NCBI GenBank assembly: GCA_963663545.1
Contig: OY760505.1
Coordinates: forward strand, 2,272,001-2,336,000
DNA: 64,000 nt
DNA from: Candidatus Delongbacteria bacterium
Lineage (GTDB): Bacteria; CAIWAD01
Direction of reading: 5' to 3'
This document shows positions 49,929 through 57,751 of the stretch, one piece after another. The notes beneath the pieces are model-generated. The model searched no databases. It was not told the origin of the DNA and was given only the letters and a program-made list of their open reading frames with translations. The number at the start of each line of letters is the position of its first letter. The stretch's first letter is position 1. The translations under genes were made by a program, and so were the position numbers.

Positions 49929-52184
49929 ATGAACCTCAAATGCTCCCTGTTGATCGGGTTGGTGGCACTATTGGTGTTGGGTGGCTGCGGCAAGCGTGAT
50001 ACACGTACCGTTGTGACACTCTGGCATCAGATGGTGCCCGCCGAGCGTGTGATTCTGGACGATCTGATCCAGGACTTCCAGGCCCAGCATCCCGATATCC
50101 GCGTACGCGCGCTCTACAAGGAAACGGAAGAGTTGCGCAGTGGCTTCCAGGCTGCTGCACTGGCGGGCTCCGGGCCGGAGCTGGTCTATGGCCCTTCCGA
50201 CGTGATCGGCCCCTTCCAGACCATGGGCATCATTCGAGACATGACGCCGTGGTTTCAGGAGGACCTGCAGCAGAACTTCGTCGAGGGCACGCTGACCAAG
50301 CTACCGCCCCGTCAGGGCGGAGAGCCAGGCGAAATGCAGCTTTTGCAAGTGGGCGACCGCCTGGGCAATCATCTGGCTTTGGTCTGCAACGGCAATTTTG
50401 TGCAGCAGGCACCGCGTACGACAGCCGAGTTCATCGAGCTGGCCAGGGCCAACACCATCGACGAGGACGGCGACGGTCGCATTGACCGTTACGGTCTGGT
50501 GTGGAACTACACCGAGCCATTTTTCGTGATTCCCTTCCTGACCGGCTACGGGAGCTGGCTTTTTGACGAGAATGATCCTTCGCAAACCACGCCGGATCTG
50601 GACAATCCCGAAGCCGTCGCCGCCTACAAGTTCATCCTCGAATTGCGTGATACATATCGCGTAATACCTCCCAACGCCGATTACGAGCTGGCGGATGGTC
50701 TCTTCAAAGAGGGCCGTGCCGCCATGCTGATCAACGGCGACTGGAGCTGGGGTGACTACCTGGCCCGCGAGGACCTGAAAGCCTTTATCGCGCCGCTACC
50801 CGTTGTCGATGCCACCGGCATTCCGATGGGACCCATGGTGGCCAGCAAGGGCTATAGCCTTAATGGCAACTCCAGCCAGACACAGGCCGATGCCGCCATG
50901 GAATTTGTGCGCTTCATGGTCTCACCAACCAGCGAGCGTCGCTTTATGGCTGAGCTGAAGACAGTGCCTTCGCGCAAGGAGCTGCTGGACGATCCGCTGC
51001 TGGACGAGGACCCGACGTTAAAAGCCAGCGTGATACAGATGCAGAATGGACGCATGATGCCTGTGGTAGCCGAGTTGCGCGCTATCTGGGATACGATGCG
51101 CCCGCAGTATCAGGCGCTGCTGGGCGGTTCCATTACTCCCGAGGAAGCCGCTGCCAACATGCAGATTGAGGCGCAGAAGAGTATCACGCGCATGAACCAG
51201 GAACTGAAGCCGACGGCCTTTGCACAAGTGTTCAAAGGGCTGATGGTGTTGGCGCTGGTCGGCGTGCTCGTCTGGAAACGCAAGGTGTTTGGCGAGTTTC
51301 TGCGTGACTGGAAGCGCAACCGCATGGCCTATCTGCTGGTGATACCAAGTTTCCTGGTCATCGCACTAACCATTGTATTCCCCTTCTGCTACAACGTTGT
51401 CCTCTCGCTCTCCAACATGAGTTTGCGCCATTTTCAGGATTGGCAGATCATCGGACTGCAGAACTATGTGCAGGTCTTCCGCGAGGGCATCTTTTGGAGT
51501 GTACTGCTGAAGACGGTCATCTGGACGCTGATCAACGTTGTCTTCCATGTGGGCATCGGTGTCTTTCTGGCGATCATCATCAACGGGCCAGTCAAGGGCA
51601 AGAGCATCTATCGCGTACTGCTGATCATCCCCTGGGCTGTTCCCGCCTACATCACGGCGCTGACCTGGCGCGGCATGTTCGATTACGAATACGGCGCGGT
51701 CAACCTCATCGCCAGTCAGGTGTTCAATCTGCCCATGACCAATTGGCTGGGTGATCCTTTCTGGGCCTTTGTCGCCTGCATCATTACGAATGTCTGGCTC
51801 GGTTTCCCCTTCATGATGGTGATCGCGCTGGGCGGTCTGCAGGCCATTCCGCAGGAGCTTTACGAGGCCGCGCGCGTGGACGGCGCATCGCGCTGGACGC
51901 AGTTCACCAAGATCACCTTGCCGCTGCTCAAGCCGGTGATGCTGCCGGCCGTGACACTCGGCACGGTGTGGACCTTCAATCAGCTCAACGTGATGTGGCT
52001 GGTGTCCAACGGCGGCGAACCCTCCGACAAGACGCACATCCTTGTGTCCTACGTGTACAAGGCGGTCTTCAACCTCTACCAATACGGCTACGGTGCGGCC
52101 CTCTCGATGGTGATCTTCTTCATTCTGCTCGCCTTCTCGATCACCTTCCTCTGGCGAACCAAGGCAACCAAGGCCGTGTACTAG
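49929..52184 (+). CDS. Fused maltodextrin-binding lipoprotein and MalF-type permease
   Basis: Lipobox 'LGGC'; SBP motifs 'F..G.AAMLING.W'; continuous ORF into a TM domain with 'ELYEAARVDGA' EAA loop. Confidence 0.88.
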   Translation: MNLKCSLLIGLVALLVLGGCGKRDTRTVVTLWHQMVPAERVILDDLIQDFQAQHPDIRVRALYKETEELRSGFQAAALAGSGPELVYGPSDVIGPFQTMGIIRDMTPWFQEDLQQNFVEGTLTKLPPRQGGEPGEMQLLQVGDRLGNHLALVCNGNFVQQAPRTTAEFIELARANTIDEDGDGRIDRYGLVWNYTEPFFVIPFLTGYGSWLFDENDPSQTTPDLDNPEAVAAYKFILELRDTYRVIPPNADYELADGLFKEGRAAMLINGDWSWGDYLAREDLKAFIAPLPVVDATGIPMGPMVASKGYSLNGNSSQTQADAAMEFVRFMVSPTSERRFMAELKTVPSRKELLDDPLLDEDPTLKASVIQMQNGRMMPVVAELRAIWDTMRPQYQALLGGSITPEEAAANMQIEAQKSITRMNQELKPTAFAQVFKGLMVLALVGVLVWKRKVFGEFLRDWKRNRMAYLLVIPSFLVIALTIVFPFCYNVVLSLSNMSLRHFQDWQIIGLQNYVQVFREGIFWSVLLKTVIWTLINVVFHVGIGVFLAIIINGPVKGKSIYRVLLIIPWAVPAYITALTWRGMFDYEYGAVNLIASQVFNLPMTNWLGDPFWAFVACIITNVWLGFPFMMVIALGGLQAIPQELYEAARVDGASRWTQFTKITLPLLKPVMLPAVTLGTVWTFNQLNVMWLVSNGGEPSDKTHILVSYVYKAVFNLYQYGYGAALSMVIFFILLAFSITFLWRTKATKAVY

Positions 52185-52193
52185 GGAGGCACC

Positions 52194-53024
52194 ATGAAAG
52201 AGTCAAAACTGCTGACCCTCGTGAGACATCTGGTGCTGATCGTGTTCAGTCTGATCTCGATCTATCCCGTGCTCAACGTCATCTCCATTTCGCTGCGTCC
52301 CGGTGACCGGCTGCGCAGTACGGATCTGTCCGTGATACCCGATGGCGCCTGCTTCGACAGCTACATCGCGCTGTTCACGGAGCATCCCTTCTTGACCTGG
52401 ATGTGGAACTCGCTTTTCGTGACCCTCGTCGTGACCGCTACAGGTGTGGCGCTGGCAGCCGTGGGCGGCTATGCTTTCAGCCGCTTCAAGTTTGTCGGCC
52501 GTGATGCAGGCATGCTTGCGCTGATGACCACGCAGATGTTTCCTGCGACCATGCTGCTGCTGCCTTTGTACATCATGGTGGCCAAACTGCATCTGGTGAA
52601 CACCTTCCTTGGCCTGATGATTCTCTACTCGGCGACTGCGCTTCCCTTCTGTCTTTGGCAGATGAAGGGCTATTACGACACCATTCCCGGCTCGCTGGAA
52701 GAGGCCGCGCGCATCGACGGCTGCAACCGTTGGCAAGCCTTTTACAAGGTGATCCTTCCGCTGGCCAGCCCTGCGCTGGTAATCACCGCGCTTTTCTCTT
52801 TCATGGCCGCATGGTCGGAATACATCGTGGCAGCACAAATCCTGCAAGAGAAGGAAATGTTCACGCTGCCGCTGGGACTCAAGTCCTTCCAGGCTTCCAT
52901 GTCAACGCAGTGGGGCTTGTATGCCGCGGCCAGTCTGTTGGTAAGCGTTCCGGTAGTTGTGGTGTTCATCTCTCTCAGCCGCTACCTGGTTTCCGGTCTG
53001 ACGCTGGGTTCGGTCAAGGAGTAG
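52194..53024 (+). CDS. malG: Carbohydrate ABC permease, MalG-type
   Basis: 'YAFSRFKF.GR', 'TQMFP', 'KGYYDTIP.SLEEAARIDG', 'SGLTLGSVK'. Confidence 0.85.
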   Translation: MKESKLLTLVRHLVLIVFSLISIYPVLNVISISLRPGDRLRSTDLSVIPDGACFDSYIALFTEHPFLTWMWNSLFVTLVVTATGVALAAVGGYAFSRFKFVGRDAGMLALMTTQMFPATMLLLPLYIMVAKLHLVNTFLGLMILYSATALPFCLWQMKGYYDTIPGSLEEAARIDGCNRWQAFYKVILPLASPALVITALFSFMAAWSEYIVAAQILQEKEMFTLPLGLKSFQASMSTQWGLYAAASLLVSVPVVVVFISLSRYLVSGLTLGSVKE

Positions 53025-53027
53025 GCA

Positions 53028-53981
53028 ATGCCTGTATCACATGCGATAGGTGTCGACATTGGCGGCACGAGCTTGCGCTGCTCATTGATGGATGCGTCTG
53101 GCGAGGTCGTCTGGCACTTGAAAGAGGACAACCGTGGACAGCGGGATCGTGATACATTGCTGGAACAGTTGTGTCACATGTTGGACCAGGCACGCGAAGC
53201 TGCAGGCGGAAAACGTGTGCCTATCGGAATCTGCGTGCCGGGCTTTGTGGATTACGATGTGCAGACTCTGGGCACAGTGTTCAATGTTCCGGTGTTACAA
53301 GGATGGCCTCTTCGCGAGGAGCTGCAGCGTCGCTATCAAGTGCCCGTGCTGCTGGACAATGACGCCAACATGGCTGTTCTGGCGGAGGCGCGATTTGGCG
53401 CAGCGCGAGGACTGCGACACCTGATCTACATCACCATCAGCACCAGTATCGGCGCGGGGCTTGTCCTGAACGGCCAAGTCTACCGTGGCAAGAACGGCCT
53501 CGCGGGGGAAATCGGACACTTGGCAATGGACATGGGGCCGGTGCGCTGCTACGAATGCAAAACCAATTACAGCTGCCTGACCACCTGGTCTTCCGGCAAC
53601 GGGCTTGCCTTCCGAGCGCAAGGGGCAAAGGATCACACAACCTCCTTGGCTGCGCTCGAAAACGTTGATGCGCGAGCCGTCTGCCTGGCCGCTGGTGAAG
53701 GCGATGAGTTCGCGCTGAGTATTCTGCAGAACGCATCTCGAGCGCTCGGGCGAACCATCACCAATTTGCAGCACACGCTCAGTTTCGAAATGATCATTTT
53801 TGGTGGCAGCGTGATACAACACTGCGACATGTATTGGGATCTGTTTCGTGACGAATTGAACGACTGTCTTCACCCTTCGTTCAAGGATGGACTTCGACTG
53901 GTTCGCACGGGATTGGGTGATGGTATCGGCGCCATGGGAGCGGCTGCACTGGCAATGGAAGAAGAGGAGCGGGACCGATGA
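53028..53981 (+). CDS. ROK-family sugar kinase (glucokinase-like)
   Basis: 'GVDIGGT', 'DNDAN', 'AGEIGH'. Confidence 0.88.
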   Translation: MPVSHAIGVDIGGTSLRCSLMDASGEVVWHLKEDNRGQRDRDTLLEQLCHMLDQAREAAGGKRVPIGICVPGFVDYDVQTLGTVFNVPVLQGWPLREELQRRYQVPVLLDNDANMAVLAEARFGAARGLRHLIYITISTSIGAGLVLNGQVYRGKNGLAGEIGHLAMDMGPVRCYECKTNYSCLTTWSSGNGLAFRAQGAKDHTTSLAALENVDARAVCLAAGEGDEFALSILQNASRALGRTITNLQHTLSFEMIIFGGSVIQHCDMYWDLFRDELNDCLHPSFKDGLRLVRTGLGDGIGAMGAAALAMEEEERDR

Positions 53982-55009
53982 TCTACAATTCTCTCCTGAA
54001 GGGAAACATGGTCACGGAGGAAGTGGACAGTCGTCTGCTGCAAGATAATCCGCTGGGTGATACACACTGTCGTCGCGTGCCTGTGTATCTTCCGCCAGGG
54101 TATCACAATGGAGATCAGCGTTATCCGACGCTGTATCTGCTGACAGGGTTGTTTGGCACGGGGAGCGCCTGGCTCAACTTTCGCGCCTTTGAGGAAAACG
54201 TGATACAAATCGTCGATCGTCTGATCAGTGATGGTTCCATTCCTCCTTGCATGCTTGTCTTTCCAGATTGCTTTACCCGCTACGGGGGGAGCCAGTACAT
54301 CAATTCCTCGGGAACCGGCGCGTACATGTCTCACATTGTCGAGGAGCTTGTGCCGCAGATAGACGCTCACTACCGCACACTGGCCGAGAACCGCTTTCGT
54401 GCTGTCGTGGGTAAGTCCTCGGGTGGGTTCGGTGCTCTGCGACTTGGCATGAGTCACGCCGAGCTTTTTGCACATGTGGCTTCATCAGCTGGCGATTTGC
54501 ACTTCGCCGTTACTTGCTTACCGGAAATTGCGCGCTTTCCTTTTGCCATAGAGCGGCTTGGCGGCTTGGACGCCTTCTTGCAGTCGATCGGGGAGTTGCG
54601 TCAGCTGAAGGCCGATCACGCCAATGCATTGAACGTAGTGGCCCTTTCGGCCTGCTATTCACCTGCGCCCGAAGAGGAGTGTGGTTTTGAGCTGCCCGTT
54701 CACTTGCACAGCGGCGAACTGAATGACGAAGTCTTTGCCCGGTGGCTGATGCAGGATCCGGTGGTTCGTATCACGCGCTTTGACCGTGAATTGGATGCCC
54801 TTGCCGGTTTGGACACACTCTATGTTGAGGCAGGAACCCGCGACGAGTATCACGCCGATCTTGGCGCTCGCGTGTTCTGTTCGCGCCTGCGGGCGCGCGG
54901 TGTGAGTGTGATACAACAGGAGTTCGATGGCGGCCATTTCGGTACAACCTGGCGCTATGAGCACATTTTGCCGTTCCTGCTGAACAGGATGCCTTTGCAG
55001 GAGCTCTGA
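53978..55009 (+). CDS. Putative esterase (Fes/CE1-like alpha/beta hydrolase)
   Basis: 'VYLPPGY', 'GKSSGG' nucleophile elbow, 'GTRDE', 'FDGGH'. Confidence 0.85.
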   Translation: MIYNSLLKGNMVTEEVDSRLLQDNPLGDTHCRRVPVYLPPGYHNGDQRYPTLYLLTGLFGTGSAWLNFRAFEENVIQIVDRLISDGSIPPCMLVFPDCFTRYGGSQYINSSGTGAYMSHIVEELVPQIDAHYRTLAENRFRAVVGKSSGGFGALRLGMSHAELFAHVASSAGDLHFAVTCLPEIARFPFAIERLGGLDAFLQSIGELRQLKADHANALNVVALSACYSPAPEEECGFELPVHLHSGELNDEVFARWLMQDPVVRITRFDRELDALAGLDTLYVEAGTRDEYHADLGARVFCSRLRARGVSVIQQEFDGGHFGTTWRYEHILPFLLNRMPLQEL

Positions 55010-56019
55010 TGACAAGTAACCGCGCCCGCTGGTGGAAACCTGTGCAGGTAGATCGATTGATCTGCGGACTTTGTCCGCGTGCTTGCAAACTGGATCCCGG
55101 TGAGCGCGGCTTTTGCTTCGTTAGACGCAATCTACATGGGGAGCTGCGCACCGAGAGCTATGGAGCCGTCTCCAGCCTGGCGATTGATCCCATTGAGAAA
55201 AAACCCTTGTATCACCTGCTTCCTGGAAGTGATGTGCTCTCGATGGGTGCGATTGGATGCAATCTGAATTGCGCCTTTTGTCAGAATCATCAGATCAGCC
55301 GTGCCTCATCTACCCATCTTCTGCGAAAGATCAGTGCTGAGGAAATCGTGCGCGGCGCACGCGAGCAATCATGCGAGAGCATTGCTTTTACATACAACGA
55401 GCCCGTGGTTGCTGGCGAATTCGTTTGTGATGTGTCTGCTCTGGCTCACGAGGCCGGTTTGTACAACGTCATGGTTAGCAACGGTTATGTAACACGCCAT
55501 GCCGCTCGTGATCTCTTTCGGCACATCGATGCAGTTAATGTCGATCTGAAGGCCTTTCGCGAAGAGTTCTACAAGCGCCTATGTGATGCAAAACTCTCAC
55601 CCGTATTGCGACTGCTGCAGTACTTGCGGGCCGAGACGAAGGTCTGGGTTGAGTTGACGCATCTTGTGATACCTGGTGAAAACGACAGCGAAGAGGATAT
55701 GCATCGACTAGCCGCCTGGGTAGCAAGAGAAATGGGCCCGGGAACGCCTTTGCATTTGAGTGCCTTCTATCCGACACACAGGATGAAACATGTTCCGGCA
55801 ACGCCAGAGGAGCTGATTCACAGATTAGTCGATGTGGCGCGTGCGGAGGGACTGCAGTTTGTCTATCCAGGTAATGTTCCGGAAAGTCGCAGCGGTGATA
55901 CACGCTGTCCTGTTTGTGCGACAACGCTGATCGAACGTTCGCGCATGGGTTTGCGTCATGCAGTGCTCAAGAGCGGACGATGCCCGATATGTGATACAGC
56001 AATTCCGGGAATCTGGTGA
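55009..56019 (+). CDS. amrS: AmmeMemoRadiSam system radical SAM enzyme
   Basis: 'CGLCPRAC', 'DPIEKKPLYH', 'GCNLNCAFCQN', 'FTYNEP', C-terminal CxxC pairs. Confidence 0.92.
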   Translation: MTSNRARWWKPVQVDRLICGLCPRACKLDPGERGFCFVRRNLHGELRTESYGAVSSLAIDPIEKKPLYHLLPGSDVLSMGAIGCNLNCAFCQNHQISRASSTHLLRKISAEEIVRGAREQSCESIAFTYNEPVVAGEFVCDVSALAHEAGLYNVMVSNGYVTRHAARDLFRHIDAVNVDLKAFREEFYKRLCDAKLSPVLRLLQYLRAETKVWVELTHLVIPGENDSEEDMHRLAAWVAREMGPGTPLHLSAFYPTHRMKHVPATPEELIHRLVDVARAEGLQFVYPGNVPESRSGDTRCPVCATTLIERSRMGLRHAVLKSGRCPICDTAIPGIW

Positions 56020-56122
56020 CACTCTCGGCGTAAGATTGTGTAGGGAAGAACAAGAGCGCTGTTGCGAGAGCTTTGTTTGAGCCATATTAAAGCCAGAAGA
56101 CGTTCCAGCAGTGGTGGTTGTC

Positions 56123-56710
56123 ATGTCGCGAAAGCTCAAGCCTACTCACATCACAGTGCGCCGACAGATTCTGGTGGATGCTCCACAGGAAACCGTCTGG
56201 AAAATTCTGACCGATATGCTGCACTGGGAAGACTGGCATCCAGATGTGTCACGTGTCAAGCAGCTTGGGCCTTTGACGGTGGGTACACGCTTTCGTTGGC
56301 GTCATATGGGCGCTGCCATTAGCAGTGAAATCCGGGCCTGGCTACCCCCATGGCGCTTCGGCTGGTCCAGTGAAACACGCGCCTTACGGGCGGCCCACGA
56401 TTGGCGTATCTACCGCCAGACAAATGGGCTTGTCCGCGTACTGAGCATGGAAGATGTTGTCGGCTGGACGGTGCGACATTTTCCCGAGCGGATGGAAAAG
56501 AAGGTGGGCGCAGCTCTGGATCTGTGGCTGGCTCTGATCAAAAGCAATGCCGAGAAGCAGGCCCGCGCAGCCGGTATTCCTCCTGTTGGAAAACTTGGGC
56601 ACAGCGATATCATTCCAGAGGAGCAGCCTGAGGAAACTCCGGGAGAGGAAGTAACAGCAGAAGAGACGGCAGAGCAGGAACATGCGGTGTCAAGTCCCGG
56701 GCAGGAGTAA
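56123..56710 (+). CDS. SRPBCC/polyketide cyclase-family protein with acidic tail
   Basis: 'VDAPQETVWKILTD...WEDWHP...GTRFRW'. Confidence 0.8.
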   Translation: MSRKLKPTHITVRRQILVDAPQETVWKILTDMLHWEDWHPDVSRVKQLGPLTVGTRFRWRHMGAAISSEIRAWLPPWRFGWSSETRALRAAHDWRIYRQTNGLVRVLSMEDVVGWTVRHFPERMEKKVGAALDLWLALIKSNAEKQARAAGIPPVGKLGHSDIIPEEQPEETPGEEVTAEETAEQEHAVSSPGQE

Positions 56711-56713
56711 GTA

Positions 56714-57673
56714 ATGACAGCACACAATGCCGTGATACACGATTTGTGGCTGGACGGCCATGGTGGTGTTATGCCCGCAGACGGTGACAAAGGCATCGAA
56801 CACTATTGCCGCTGGGTGCATCTGGATTACAGCAAGCGTGGTCTTGGTACTCACTTGCGCGGGATTGGCGTACACAATGACGTGATACACGCCATGAAGA
56901 TTGAGGAGACCCGTCCACGCTGCACTACCCTTGCTGGGGGTACGCTGTTGATACTGCGCGGCGTTAATCTCAATCCCGGGGCGCAGCCGGATGATATGGT
57001 CAGTTTGCGCTGCTGGACAGATGGGCGTCTGCTGGTGACTTCACGCCATCGCGAGCTTCTCTCCATACGCGATATTCGTGATACACTGATTTCGGCCAAA
57101 GGTCCGCGCTGCGTTGGTGGATTGTTGGCTGCCATTGTCGAGCGCTTGACGGAGCGCAAGTCTGAAGTTATGGAAGCGATTGCCGATGAAGCTGTGCAGC
57201 TCGAGGAGGACGTCCTGGAGGAGAAGGGACAGGATGTTCGGCAGCCGTTGCTCGCATTGCGCCGACGTCTGATTATTCTGCGTCGCTATCTGGCACCGCA
57301 GCGTGACGCTCTGGCCAGACTGCAGCTGGACTCTCCTGCCTGGCTGGAAGCGGGAGATATGCTGCTCGTCCGTGAGTCCGCAGATCGACTGGTACGATTT
57401 GTTGAGGATCTGGATTCTCTGCGAGAACGCTTGGCTGTGATTCAGGAAGAATACCTGGGGCGTCATAACGAGCTCTTGAACCAGCGCATGTACATGCTGG
57501 CCGTGTTCACCATGATCTTTCTTCCCCTTGGCTTTCTGACCGGTTTGCTGGGCGTCAACCTGAATGGAATACCCTTTGCCGAGAGAGGATTTGCTTTCCC
57601 GCTGTTCTTCGGACTGTTGTGTGTTTTAGTGGTGATACAAACCATCGTCCTCTGGCGCAGAAAGTGGTTCTGA
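56714..57673 (+). CDS. zntB: ZntB/CorA-family zinc transporter
   Basis: 'EETRPR', 'LRGVNLNPGA.PDDMVSLR', 'LRRYLAPQRDAL', 'GLLGVN' signature, two TM helices. Confidence 0.9.
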   Translation: MTAHNAVIHDLWLDGHGGVMPADGDKGIEHYCRWVHLDYSKRGLGTHLRGIGVHNDVIHAMKIEETRPRCTTLAGGTLLILRGVNLNPGAQPDDMVSLRCWTDGRLLVTSRHRELLSIRDIRDTLISAKGPRCVGGLLAAIVERLTERKSEVMEAIADEAVQLEEDVLEEKGQDVRQPLLALRRRLIILRRYLAPQRDALARLQLDSPAWLEAGDMLLVRESADRLVRFVEDLDSLRERLAVIQEEYLGRHNELLNQRMYMLAVFTMIFLPLGFLTGLLGVNLNGIPFAERGFAFPLFFGLLCVLVVIQTIVLWRRKWF

Positions 57674-57692
57674 TTCTATGTGATACAACGAG

Positions 57693-57732
57693 AAAAAGCC
57701 CGTGTCGGACATGAGTTGACACGGGCTGTTTT
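57693..57732. terminator. Bidirectional terminator between zntB and the S8 protease gene
   Basis: AAAAAGCCCGTGTC-loop-GACACGGGCTGTTTT. Confidence 0.8.
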
Positions 57733-57751
57733 GTCTATGATGTTCTGGCGA

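Noticed and set aside
55009..56019. Complete AmmeMemoRadiSam system
   Set aside because: Only amrS is present; no AMMECR1 or Memo partner genes are in the window.
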